A DNA stretch of 64,000 nt from Octopus sinensis (GCF_006345805.1 NC_043007.1:1426001-1490000), one strand, 5' to 3'. Counted from the first letter of the stretch, positions 49,845 through 62,537 are shown. Numbers and translations: made by a program. Notes: generated by a model from the sequence alone, not told the origin.

Positions 49845-50240
49845 ATATATCATCATCATCATTTAACGTCCGTTTTCCATGCTAGCATGGGTTGGACGGT
49901 TTCACCGGCGTCTGGTAAGCCATGGAGGCTGCACCAGGCTCTAGTCTGATTTGGCAGAGTTTCTACAGCTGGATGCCCTTCCTAACGCCAACCACTCCAT
50001 AAGTATAGTGGGTGTTCTTTACGTGCCACCGGCACAGGGGCCAAGGCAGGCTGGCAAGCAGCCACGATCGGTTGGTGCTTTTATGTGTCACTGACATGGA
50101 TGCCAGTCAGGCGGCGCTGGCATCTGCCACGTTTGGACGGTGCTTTTTACGTGTCACCGGCACGGGTGTCTTAACTACAATTTCCACTTGATTTTTATTT
50201 TGATGTTGACGTACTTGACTCAATAGGTCTCCTATATGTA
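49845..50240 (-). mobile_element. RTE 3'UTR copy (family C)
   Basis: Extends to gtacttgactcaataggtctcct, as in 4131-4660. Confidence 0.85.
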
Positions 50241-50377
50241 TGTATTCCTTTACCTCCACTATTTCATCATTGCCGATCACCATTCGACCTGTTGGTACCT
50301 TCCAGCATGCCAGCCCGGTCAAACCGTCCAACCCATGCTAGCATGGACAATGGACATTAAATGATGATGATAATGAT

Positions 50378-50782
50378 ATAGGAGTGGCTGTGTGGTAAGT
50401 AGCCTGCTTACCAACCACATGGTTACGGGTTCAGTCCCACTGCGTGGCACCTTGGGCAAGTGTCTTCTGCTATAGCCTTGGGCCGACCCATGCCTTGTGA
50501 GTGGATTTGGTAGACGGAAACTGAAAGAAGCCCGTCGTATATATGTATATGTATATATGTATGTGTGTGTGTATATGTTTGTATGTCTGTGTTTGTCCCC
50601 CCCAACCATCGCTTGACAACCGATGCTGGTGTGTTTACGTCTCCATAACTTAGCAGTTCGGCTAAAGAGAACCGATAGAATAAGTACTAGGCTTACAAAG
50701 AATAAGTCCTGGGGTCGATTTGCTCAACTAAAAGCGGTGCTCCAGCATGGCCGCAGTCACATAAATGAAACAAGTAAAAGAG
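50378..50782 (+). mobile_element. SINE family A, near full length
   Basis: Family A consensus. Confidence 0.88.
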
Positions 50783-50818
50783 TATATATATATATATACA
50801 CTTTTACTTGTTTTACAT

Positions 50819-50914
<96 letters not shown>

Positions 50915-51129
50915 GTATATATATATATATCTACTTGTATTGCAGTTCTTTGTTTCTGTGACTGGCTGAATATCATCTGCATAATTGTCATTGTTCTAAA
51001 TATTTAGAAAAATAGATAAGAAGCATAAATGTACATCTATAATGCTTATCGGAGACAGAATTTAATTTCTGTCTGCCACACATAAAAGTACAAAATTCTT
51101 GAAGATATTCTGCATTATATCTTCATAAT

Positions 51130-51278
51130 CACCACCATCATCATCATCGTTGTTGTCATCATCATCATCATCATCATCGTTGTCGTCATCATCATCATCA
51201 TCATCATCGTTGTTGTCATCATCATCATCATCATCATCGTTGTTGTCATCATCATCATCATCATCATCATCGTCACCA
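51130..51278. repeat. (CAT)n microsatellite with 30-bp higher-order period
   Basis: cgttgt(t/c)gtcatcatcatcatcatcatcat recurs at 51148, 51178, 51208 and 51238. Confidence 0.9.
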
Positions 51279-51482
51279 CTTTTACATCCACTTTTTTCCA
51301 TGGACTGCATTGGACAAAACTTGATGCAGCATTCACTTGATGGATATCCATCCTTTCTTTCCAAGTAAAGTACTTATTCCTTTGGTCTTTCACACCACAA
51401 ACGGCCCAAACAGCCAGACACATTTATTACTGCCGACATGAGCAATATCAAAATACAAACAGTAATCATACATGTGAGTGTG

Positions 51483-51539
<57 letters not shown>

Positions 51540-51859
51540 ATGATACAAGACAATGTATAAATAACAGTCATTACTTATTCATTTCTTGTAGTACATCTGG
51601 CTGTAAGTCAAATTTACTACAGTCAAAGAATATGCAAGGACCATTATTTATGCCTTGCCTTGTATCTCACTCTGTGTAAAAGACTGTTCTGAGAATAGAA
51701 CCTTGGATTTACCGTATAGAAATGGTGATGAACCTCAGACCCTGCCAAAAGAATTCACAGAGCTTTTTACTAATCTGAAAATTTTGTCCACCTGGTGTAT
51801 TTGCATCATCATCATCACTACCACAACCATCACCACCACCATCCTCCTCCTCCTCCTGC

Positions 51860-52190
51860 CCACTCCAGTGTTTAGAATCTGGGTTTTGTCCCTGTCAATG
51901 GGGGTGGCCAGGTCTACCTCAATGCCATAGCAACTGAGGTAGGCAGGTGCAGCCCTCCCCAACCTTTGGGCTGGCTGGTGCCCATTCTCCTTTGCTGTCA
52001 TGAGGTTTTTTTAGGAGCTGTATTTTCTACAGGGAGCATGCCCTTGCTTACTCCCATCCTCAGTTTCTAGACATGAGTGGTTCTGAGACCAAGGCCTCTA
52101 CCATGATTTTTAAGAAATGTGGTGGAAAACTAGCTCAGGAAGGCAGGGATGCTACTCCCTGAGACCCCTTTCAGAGCCCCCACCCCACCT
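51860..52190 (-). mobile_element. Family J repeat, second copy
   Basis: Colinear with 13845-14180. Confidence 0.7.
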
Positions 52191-52854
52191 AACAGAGAGC
52201 TAATAAAGCATTTTGCCCAGATTAATAATGTTTCATTAATAACTCATTGTTTTTATATATGTGTGAGTGTGTGTGTGTAAGAGGATTCCACACAGTTTCC
52301 ATGTACCAAAGAAACACATAAGGAATTGGTTGACCCAGAAATATAGTACGAGACACTTGCCTAAGGTACCATGCACTGGGCTTGAACTCAAAACCACGTG
52401 GTTACAAAGTGACCTTCTTTAAGACGTAACATCAAGATTCAAGGGTAAACTTAATTGTTAGCTGTTTATTGAAATAACGAACTCAATGACAGTGTGAAGA
52501 AAATCTTAGAGAAGCCCAAAAGAAGGTAGAGATATTTGAGCAAAGGTTCAATTCATGCCAAAGCTAAAAAGTAGCCTTGATACAGAATTTATGCTTGCTA
52601 CAAGATAGACTTAGCCAAAGTGGGATTTTATATACACCTGTTGAGTTGAGAAGACCTGTTGATTGCTGTGAAATCATAGTTGTGGCCGATGCCAGTGCCG
52701 CCTGACTTGCATGTAAAAAGCACCATTTAAGCATGGTCAGTGCCATTGCTGTCTGACCGGCACCTGTGCTGGTGGAATTGAGGTAAAGACCTACACAATT
52801 TGAGGTATATAAAATCCCACTTTGGCTAAGTCTGTCTTGTAGTAAGCATAAATT

Positions 52855-53220
52855 GAAACCTGGATGTTATCAAAAAAGCTTGAGAGGTGGTTAGATGGAA
52901 CTTACACTCGCCTCCTTATGAGAGCTCAAAATCTCTCATGGAAGCGTCATCCAACCAAAGTACAAATATATGGGAAATTACCACCTGTGTCATCTCTTGT
53001 GAAAGGTAGAAGAGACCAGTTTGCTGGACATTGTTGTAGAGCTGAAAACGAGGTAATTTCTACTCTTCTCCTCTGGAAGCCATCTGCTCGCGATACCAGA
53101 GGGCACACACTCTCCTACCTTGATGTAATCTCCAGGGATACAGGCATCCAGCAACAGGACCTCCGTAATGCTATGATGGACCGTGAAGTCTGTGTAACAT
53201 AGTAAATTCCATTGTCTCGA
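52855..53220 (+). mobile_element. 5'-truncated RTE-type LINE ORF2 C-terminus
   Basis: ETWMLSKKLERWLDGTYTRLLMRAQNLSWKRHPTKVQIYGKLPPVSSLVKGRRDQFAGHCCR...LLLWKPS...MMDREV. Confidence 0.85.
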
Positions 53221-53959
53221 CCATGAGCGAACAATGATGATGATGCTGGTGGAATGTAAAAAGTACCATTCAAGCGTGGTTGATGCCAGTGCTGCCTGAC
53301 AGGCTCCCATATCGGTGGCATGTAAAAAGCATCCACTACACTCTTAGAGTGCACATTTACATGCATACAAAAATACTCTGTAGTTGCTGTTGGAATTCCA
53401 ATGAAGTTGGCCTTGGATCTAAGTTAGAAACCAACTCTTTCTCTATTGGCAAGAAATCTTGAAATAAAACTGAATAATGATAGAAAGACAGACATTTATT
53501 TTGTAGCACCTGATTTGAGTGAGGCTTGGCTGCTATGTCTCACAAGACAAGTAAACACATAGAAACTCTGTCATGGACTGGAATCTGTATAGCATTTGTG
53601 GAGAAAGAATTCTTCAAAGAATTATGTAGATTCATTTTGTTCATTTTGTAATGAATCATCTGAGCTGTTTAATTGAGTTAAATGCATTAATTAATTAGCT
53701 AATCAAGAAGGCCATACAAATTGATAATTCCTTATTTTCATAAATATACTCTTTTACATTTTCATTTGTTCTAATCACTAGACTTTGGCCATGCTGGGGC
53801 ATTATCTTGAAGGTTTTTCATCAAATTAATCATAGTTCTTCATTAAATCCTCGCACTTATCAGTTTCTTTCACCAAACTGCTAAGTTACAGGGATGATAA
53901 CAAACCTACATTGGTTGTCAAGTAGTGAGAGACAAACACAAATATAAAAGGGAGACACA

Positions 53960-54858
53960 GACATACTCAGGAGCATTTTTTTCCTTCATGATCTCTGATA
54001 ACTATATCTGGTCTGTTGGCCATAATTTCTCTATCTGTGTGTATCGGCATATCCCAGAGTATGGTTGCTTTCTTGTTTTCTGTGACCTTTTCTGGTGTGT
54101 GCCTATACCATCTTTTTTCTGTTGTTATTCCATAATGTTGGCATAGCTTCCAGTGTATGTAGGTCCCAACTCTGTCATGTCTGTGAATATATTCCTTCTT
54201 GGCCAGGACTGGGCAGCCAGAGATAATATGATTTATTGTTTCTTGTCCATCTCCACATATTCTGCAGTTACTTGTTATATTTCTTTTCATTATATGTTTT
54301 TGGTAATTTCTGGTGGGGAGGCTTTGGTCTTGTGCTGCAATTAAAAATCCCTCTGTTTCTGCTTTGAGTCCTGAGCTTCTCAACCATTGCTGGGATTTTT
54401 CTTTGTCTATTTCTTTTGCATTTAGTTTAGTCCAGTATTTACCGTGGAGGGGTTTTTCTTGCCATCGTTTTATCAAGGTCTGTTGCTGTTCTAGTTTTAG
54501 TTTGGATTTCATTTGTTTTATAGCTTTTGTTGTTTCTTCATCTTCTTCATATTTGTTAGGTAGAATGACTCCTTGTTTGTATTTGTCAGCTTCCTTAAAT
54601 ACTGAAAACAGTTTTTTGTTTTGCTCGTGTTTTGCCGCTATTTATATCAGTTTTCCTTCCTTCTGAAGTAGGTATTTTTGCAGTCCTATGGTGGTTATTT
54701 TATAATAGTTTTCCAGCTGTATAAGGCCTCTGCCACCTTCTATACATTGTATGTATAGCCTTTCTATGTCAGATTTTGGGTGGTGCATCCTAGATCCTGT
54801 CAGTATTTTTCTTGTTTTCCTGTTTGTTTTGGTTAGTTCATTTAGAGTCCTCTTAAGG
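53960..54858 (-). mobile_element. R4/Dong-like non-LTR retrotransposon fragment (RT thumb, CCHC finger, start of restriction-like endonuclease)
   Basis: RKTRKILTGSRMHHPKSDIERLYIQCIEGGRGLIQLE ... KPLHGKY ... LKAETEGFLIAAQDQSLPTRNY ... CRICGDGQETINHIISGC ... RHD ... RPDIV; one stop codon in the upstream part. Confidence 0.9.
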
Positions 54859-54899
54859 ATATTATAATATCATCATCATCATCATCATGATTATTAATT

Positions 54900-55120
54900 A
54901 AGGCGGCAAGCTGGCAGATTGTTAGCATGCTGGGCAAAATGCTTAATTACATTTCCTCTGGCTTCATGTTCTGAGTTCAAAATTTTGCTGGGATCGACTT
55001 TGCCTTTCATCCTTTCAGGGTCGATAAGATAAACACCAGTTAAGTACTGGGGGCAGGGGTTGTCGACTAGCCCCTTCCACCAAAATTTCAGGCCTTGTGC
55101 CTATAGTAGAAAGGATTATT
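54900..55120 (+). mobile_element. Family B SINE, B1 tail
   Basis: aaggcggcaagctggcag...gagttcaaa...ggccttgtgcctatagtagaaagg. Confidence 0.8.
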
Positions 55121-55270
55121 ACTATCAAGGTGACCAGCCTACAGGACCATCTGCATGCTGGTCAAGACACTGACCTGCATTTCTTCCAACATTTTAGGCT
55201 CTGATTTCAATTTCTCCAGAGGTTGACTTTGCCTTTCATCATTTTTGGGAGAAGTTCAATAAAAATGAAG

Positions 55271-55461
55271 TACAGTTCTATATTTAAGAGATGAGGAATT
55301 ATGTACATTATTTACATTATTTACATTTGATGGATATTTGTCCTCATCTTGTTTGTTGTTAACACAACATTTCGGCTGACATACCCTCCAGCCTTCATCA
55401 GGTGTCTTGTTGAAATTTTGAACCTGGGTTCTCATTCCTAAGGTATTTTTCTCTGTTGTTG

Positions 55462-55495
<34 letters not shown>

Positions 55496-55834
55496 TGTTG
55501 TTGTTATTGTTCAGGTCACTGCTTGGAATCGAACTCGGAATATTGGGGTTAGTAGCCTGCGCTCTTAACCACTACGCCATAGCCCATGGGCATATGATGT
55601 AATGGTTTAGAATGTGTGCTACTAACCTCAAGATTACCAGTGCGATTCCAAGCAGTGACCTGAACAACAACAACAACAACAATAATAATAATGATAATAA
55701 TAATAACATCGAAAAATACCATAGGAATGAAAACCCACGTTCGAAATTTCCCCAAGACACCTGATGAAGGCTGGAGGGTATATCAGCTGAAACATTGTGT
55801 TAACAACAAACAATGTAAATAATATAAATAATGT
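55271..55834. mobile_element. Foldback tRNA-head/hammerhead element (family D), copy 3: complete head-to-head dimer
   Basis: Left arm 55271-55586 (minus), palindromic centre gcccatgggc 55582-55591, right arm 55587-55834. Hammerhead motifs at ~55360-55406 (-) and 55756-55801 (+), both with CpG-type decay in the ACGT of stem III. Confidence 0.9.
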
Positions 55835-56588
55835 AAAAATAAAGTACCATTAAAGCATTGGGGCTGCTGTAACTGACTTTCCCCCACCTCTACTCAAAAT
55901 TGCTGGCCTAGTGCCAAAATCCGAAACCATTACTAATACTGTTATGCAGTTTGTGGATTAGCAAAATTATTGCAGCATTGATCAAAAATGCCTTGTGGTA
56001 CTTTCTAACATAAACACCAAACCCAACGTATTACGTGCGAATATTGTTGACTATATTGCTTCCAGCGATTAAAATTTCTTGGGAATGGTTTTCCTCGAAC
56101 ATCCTCTGTTGGAGGAAACTAAATCTTATTTTGGAGATTTACATTGTCTGAAGAAATACCTTCATCCTGTGTTCTGGCTGACGCTTACAGGTACAACAGA
56201 CTGTATTTTGAGCTTTACACACCTCTCTGTAGTTTCTACAAACGTTTATTGGAATGTTTTCAGGCTTGAGTGAAATTCTCTAATATTTCTTCAATGGTTT
56301 CCTGTGCCAGTTTAAAAAAAAACATTTATTGCAGTGATTACGTTTTTAATTAAATTTCATTAAACATTCATCGTTTTTGTTGTGTGACCCTCCCATCTCT
56401 TTTTTAATCTCTGAAATGCATGTTTCCTGAAATTTTAGAGAATCTTTATTCAGTAGGAGCAGGCGCGGTCATAAGTGCAGGCATGGTTATATGGTTGGGA
56501 ACCTTGCTCTTCCAACCATTTGGTCTCAGGTTCAGTCCTACTGTGCAACTCCTTTTACTATAACCCTGAGTTAACCAAAAGCTCACAA

Positions 56589-56980
56589 ATAGGCGCAGGA
56601 GGTGTGTGGTAAGAAGTTTGCTTACCAATCACATGGTTCTTCCAGGTTCTCATCCCACTGCGTGGCACCTTGGGCAAGTGTTTTCTACTATAGCCTCGGC
56701 CTGACCAAAGCCTTGTGAGTGGATTTGGTAGACGGAAACTGAAAGAAGCCCATCGTATATATATATATATATGTGTGTGTGTGTATATGTGTTTGTGTCT
56801 GTGTTTGTCCCCCACCATCGCTTGACAACCGATGTTTGTCCTTGTAACTTAGCAGTTTGGAAAAAGAGACTGATAGAATAAGTACAAAGAATAAGTCCTG
56901 GAGTTGATTTGTTCGACTAAAGGCGGTGCTCCAGCATGGCCGCAGCCAAATGACTGAAACAAATAAAAGAATAAAAGAAT
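56589..56980 (+). mobile_element. SINE family A, full length (preceded by a degenerate head at ~56450-56580)
   Basis: Family A consensus. Confidence 0.85.
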
Positions 56981-57269
56981 AAATTGATATGGTTGATGGA
57001 ATGTGTGTATGCACGAGCATGTGTATGTGTGTGTGTGTGTGTGTGTTGTGTATGTGTGTATGTGTACACTTGTCTTGATATCATATGGAAGGCTGTAAAT
57101 GAGCACTACTGTTATACAAGTGGTGTTGTTCACTTCTGCTATGAGAGACATGTTTAACTTTGGGAAAATATTACTTTGCTTGAAAACAGGTGAGGGTTGG
57201 CAACAGGAGGAGCATCGAATCATAAAAGACGTGCCTCAACAAAGTGGACCTTAAATGATGATGATGATG

Positions 57270-57545
57270 ATGATGATCATTGTTTAACGTCTGCTTTCCA
57301 TGCTAGCATGGGTTGGACAAATGACTGAGGACTGGCGAACCAAATGGCTGCACCAGGCTTCAATCTTGATGTAGCAGAGTTTCTACGACTGGATGCCCTT
57401 CCTAACTCCAACCACTCCGAGAGTGTAGTGGGTGCTTTTATGTGCCACTGGCACGAGGGCAACGACCTCGTTTGAATGTTTTTTCACATGCCACCAGCAC
57501 AAGTGCCAGTAAGGCAACGTAGATAACCATCACACTTGAATGGTG
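57270..57545 (-). mobile_element. RTE 3'UTR copy (family C)
   Basis: Family C consensus. Confidence 0.8.
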
Positions 57546-58974
57546 TTGATTTGTTAAATTGCATCCATATATACACAGTTGATTAGGACTGTTGTCTTAG
57601 AGTTCCAGATTTAAGAATGTTTTGGACAAACCTGTGATTGCTGTTTTCAATGCGAATAGTTCTTGTCAAGAGATCGTTTTGAAATCACCAATGACAGCCG
57701 CTTGGTCTTGCTCTGCAATGAAAGCAGAATAAGAGCCAACTGATATTGGTGATTCTAAATGAATAGCCAAGTGACTTTTGAAGTAATTCCTTGGCCTATA
57801 GCTAGCTCATTGGAATGGTAAAGTATCAAGCTGCTGTGGAGAAAGTGGATCTACTGACATAGTAGATAGAAAATCAGTTTAGTATGAGCCAACAGGGAGA
57901 CTCTCTCTGTGCTCGCTTGACTTAACTAGAATTAACAGCCTTAATCTCTCTTGAATTACAACCTACTGCGTTTTAAAAAAAAAATTTTTTAATGGGTAAT
58001 GCAGTTGTGGAGATAGAAAAAGAGAGGATGGTCAATGTTGGAATGTCTTTGATCATAGTTTTGCTTGATCAGCACCGACCCGGGACTAAATGACAACAAT
58101 TACATGGGGTTCTACCAGTTCTACCAGAATTATTTGGTTTGTCACAAATTTTCATTGTGATAAATCTGTCGGTTTTATTTCATTTTCTCACAAGAAGATG
58201 CCTGAGAGATTCTTTGATGCAAATGCTAACACTACAAAAGAATGGTACAGACATGTAAAATACAGTGTCTTGTCCTTTTCCCTCTTTTCAAACAACCAAA
58301 ACTGGTGATTACCAGCTCGTAGTTACCTACTGTTAAGAACTGCCTTTCGTCCTCTCTTACTATTTCTTTATCCAGCTGCTAAACGGTAACTGCAACAGGT
58401 CGAGCCAACGAGGGAATCTCTACATTGTTGCTTGATATGTTAGAAACAACTGCTCAATCACCCTCAAATCATACCTAAAAGAAGGAGGGGCCATGGTTAA
58501 CCATTCACTGACCTGCACTCACCCTAGTAAGTCTCAATAATCAGCAATATTTATTAGTGTTGGTTGAGGCCATAAGTAGATAAAAAGATATAATATATAT
58601 ATTGTGGTCCTAGATATCATCATCATTGTCGTCATCGTCATCATCATCATCATCATCATAATCATCATCATTTAACATCTATTTTCCATTCTGGCATGGT
58701 TGGCTGATTTGACAGGATCTAATGGTCCCCAGGACTGCATCAGGCTGCAGTATCTCTTTTAGCATGGCTTTTATGGCTGGATAATAGAATCAACCCTTTT
58801 GCTGGACTAGCACTTTATTGACCCCTGCCAAAAAAAGATGAATGGGCAAAGTTGACCTTGGTTGGATTTGAAGTCTGAGGGCAGAGAGAGAGAGAGAGAT
58901 GGTGTTAATACCACAAGGTATTTCATCCCATGCCCTAGCGATTTGACCAATTTGCTACCTTTGATGAATATCTA

Positions 58975-59097
58975 TTTCTTTATTACCCACAAGAGGCTAC
59001 ACACAGAGGGGACAAACAAGGACAGACAAACAGATTAAGTTGATTATATCGACCCCAGTGCGTAACTGGTACTTATTTAATTGACCCCGAAAAGATG
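58975..59097 (-). mobile_element. Family B SINE, B2 tail, 5'-truncated
   Basis: Matches 16050-16200. Confidence 0.75.
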
Positions 59098-59511
59098 ACA
59101 TTCAGGAAAGTCACATAAGCCAAATGATTAAGCTTCAGCTCAATTAAATGGTGGTGGTGATGGTGGTGACAATACTTCCCCTCCTCCTCATCTGCATCAT
59201 CTAGCATTTGTTTTTCCATGTCGACATGCATTCAATGGGTTTTACAGCATTTCATAACATGCTGCGGGTCCTTCACCCTCTGGCACAGACATACAGTAAC
59301 GGAGAAAAATACCTAATCTTTATTAATGTGTGTGTCTGTGTGATGCTTTCCTTTTTTTTTTTCCTGGTGTGTGTGTTTGATTTTTGGCATGGTTTTAGTT
59401 TTCCAGCTGAGTGGTCCTTCCTATCTGCCAACCATTTTACCCCCGGCAATCTTTCCTATTTGCCAACCATTTTACAGCATGGACTGGATGCATTTTACTG
59501 TGCCTCTAACA

Positions 59512-59740
59512 TTAACCCTTTCATTACTGTATTTATTTTAAGATGCTCTGTGTTTCTTTCAGTTACTTTAAATATAACAAAGAATTTAGTAAAATAACTT
59601 AGTTATCATTCAGCTAGTGTTAGGAACATAAATTGTGACTAAGGTTTAATGGAAGATGTTAATTCAAAACTTACGGAAACAAAACATTTGTACTACAGAG
59701 CCAGAGACGGTTTCAGCTGGATTGGTATCAAAAGAGTCAA
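59512..59740. mobile_element. piggyBac-type MITE, solo copy
   Basis: Same family as the 12546-13513 array. Confidence 0.8.
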
Positions 59741-59876
59741 ACACACCTCTACATTTGAGCAGATGCACACTAGAAGCAGTTGGAAGGGTGTGGATTGAAG
59801 GAAATTTAGGCTATTATTTCTAGCATATAAAGTGACCACATTGAGGTTTCCTTATGTCTTCTGCTGATTATTTTTC

Positions 59877-60085
59877 TTAACCCTTTTGTTACCGTATTTA
59901 TTTTGAGATGTTCTGTGTTTCTTTCAATTAATTTTAAATATAACAAAGAATTTAGTAAAATTACTTAGTTATTTTAAATTGTGACTAAGGTTTGGTGGAA
60001 GATTTTGCTTCAAAGCTTATGAAAACAAGACATTTGTACTCAGAGCCAAAGCTGGTTTCAGCCAGGCTGGTAACGAAAGGGTTAA
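59877..60085. mobile_element. piggyBac-type MITE, solo copy with both TTAA sites intact
   Basis: ttaacccttttgttac ... gtaacgaaagggttaa. Confidence 0.88.
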
Positions 60086-60454
60086 AGAGGTTGACTTGTT
60101 CACTTTACAGAAACATCTCTGTCCCTTTTCATATATTTTTGCTGTGTTTATGATTTTGTACTTTGAACAAAGTACGTAGTAAAACTGATATAATTATTTA
60201 TCCATGACTGTCCTCTCTGATCCATTAATGGATTGTATATAGAACTTCCTGATCCAATCTGCTTTTTTATCATCTTTTTTTTCTGGAAAAAGACACTGTT
60301 GTTTCATTTGAGGAAAACTTAGCTACTAATTTTAGTATGTTGAGCAAATAATAAAGATGTTTGTATGTCGGTAATGAATTATTAAAGTTTTGTTCTATCT
60401 GAACAATGTGTGGATTTTAGAAAAGACAATTGCTGCTGCCAAAGTAGTAACATA

Positions 60455-60565
60455 TCCTCCTCCTCCTCCTCCTCCTCATCATCATCATCATCATCATCAT
60501 CATCACCACCACCACCACCACCACCACCACCACCACCACCACCACCACTACCATCATCATCATTT
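60455..60565. repeat. (CCT)n-(CAT)n-(CAC)n compound trinucleotide repeat
   Basis: Direct reading; forms the tail of a degenerate minus-strand family C copy. Confidence 0.9.
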
Positions 60566-60960
60566 AATGTCCACCTTCCATGCTGGCATGGATGGATTGG
60601 TTTGACAGGAGCTGCACCAGACTTCTATGTCTGTTTTGGCAGGATTTTTACAGCTGAATGGTCCTTCCTAACACCAACCACTCAGCAGAAAGGACTTAGT
60701 GCTTTTTATGTGGCACCAGCACAGGTGAGGTCAGTTTTGGCAATGTTTTTTTTTTTTACAGCTGGATGCCCTTCCAAATGCCAACCACTTTACAGTGTGG
60801 ACTGGGTGATTTTTAAGTGGTGCCTGCACTGACAGGGTCACCAAGTAATTTTGCAAGACAAAAATCTTTTGATAGGAGCAGGACCATTGGAGAAGATGAT
60901 CTTGTGGAGAAGGTGATGAAAGGTTAGAGTGAGACAGAGAGACAGGAATAGGTGTCTTGT

Positions 60961-61267
60961 GGAGGCACATGGCCTAGTGGTTAGAGCAGCGGACCCGCGA
61001 TCGAGGGATCGCGGGTTCGAATCACAGACCGGGTGATGTGTGTGTTTATGAACGAAGCACCTAAGCTCCACACGGCTCCGGCAGAAGGTAATGGCGAATG
61101 TCTGCTGACTCTTTTCCCATAACTTTCTCTCACTCTTTCCTCCTGCATCTTGCAGCTCACCTGCGACGGACCGGCGTCCCGTCCAGGTGGGGAACCTATA
61201 TGACAAGAAAAGCGGGAAACCAGCCCTTATGAGCCAGGCATGGCTCGAGAAGGAACAAACAAAAAAA
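60961..61267 (+). mobile_element. tRNA-derived SINE family G, full length
   Basis: A box tggcctagtgg, B box gggttcgaatc, A-rich tail gaacaaacaaaaaaa. Confidence 0.85.
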
Positions 61268-61727
61268 TAGGTGTGTTGCTGTAGAGGAGGTACAAGGTTA
61301 CCCAGCAACTTGCGTTTCATTTTTAACCCTTTACTCTTCAGGTTATTCTACCAAATGTGATGCTTGTTTGCTGTATTAGCCATGCTGTGAGATTTCTGTG
61401 ATACGACTCTTTACTTTGGGAATGATATTATGGGTAGGTGTAAGAGGCTGGATCTGGCTGGTTTGGAACATAAAGGAGGTCAATCTATTTATATGACAGG
61501 CTTCTTTCAGTTTCCATCTACCAAATCCACTACTTGCCCAAGGTGCCATGCATTGGGACTGAACCATGTGGTTGGTAAGTCAGCTGCTTACCACACAGCC
61601 ACTCCTGTGCCTATAGCCACTCTTCTGCCCATATATATCTGAATTAGTTTAAATATAACATCATGAAATCAGGGAGTGCTTTTGTGGACACCCTGTATGT
61701 GTGTATATATATATGTGTGTATATATA

Positions 61728-61759
<32 letters not shown>

Positions 61760-61829
61760 GTGAGAGAGAGAGAGATTATTGGAAGTAAGTTTAATTGCTG
61801 AACCTGTTAACAGACAGGATGTGTGTGTG

Positions 61830-61970
61830 CCGAAGGGCATTGAGCTGCAGAAACTTTGCCAGATCAGATTGGAGCCTGGTGCAGCCTTCTGGCTTGCCAG
61901 TCCTCAGTCAAACCGTCCAACCCATGCCAGCATGGAAAGCGGATGTTAAACGATGACGATAATGATGATG
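61830..61970 (+). mobile_element. RTE 3'UTR copy (family C), short
   Basis: Family C tail. Confidence 0.75.
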
Positions 61971-62014
61971 TGTATATATATATATATGTATATGTATGTA
62001 TATGTGTATATCTA

Positions 62015-62099
<85 letters not shown>

Positions 62100-62133
62100 G
62101 TGTGTATATATATGCATACACACACACACATAG

Positions 62134-62283
62134 AGGCACAGGCATGGCTGTGTGGTAAGAAGCTTATTTCCCATTCACATTGTTCCTGGTTCAGTCTTAC
62201 TGTGTGGCGCCTTGGGCAAATGTCTTTTCCTGTAATTTCAGTGGATTTGGTAGTTGGAAACTGAAAGAAGCCCATCATATATA

Positions 62284-62348
<65 letters not shown>

Positions 62349-62528
62349 CTGTCTGTCTGTCTGTTCCCCACTGTCGCTTGAGAACTAGTGTGTTTATGTC
62401 CCTGTAACTTTGCATTTGACAAATCAGACTGATAGAATAAGTACCCTGCTTTAAAAAAAAAATTCTTGGAGGTAGTGCTCCAGCATGGCTGTAGTCTAAT
62501 GACTGAAACAAGTAAAAAGGGAAAAAAA
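62134..62528 (+). mobile_element. SINE family A, diverged
   Basis: Family A architecture with substitutions. Confidence 0.75.
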
Positions 62529-62537
62529 GATACATAC

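Noticed and set aside
51610-51680. LLQSKNMQG, superficially like the expected next MON2 exon start LTSKNIQC
   Set aside because: Similarity ends after a few residues, there is no AHCHG motif, and no properly placed acceptor/donor pair.
53967-54512. 181-aa ORF as a host zinc-finger gene
   Set aside because: It is the CCHC/endonuclease region of an R4-like retrotransposon, with an in-frame stop upstream and truncation at both ends.
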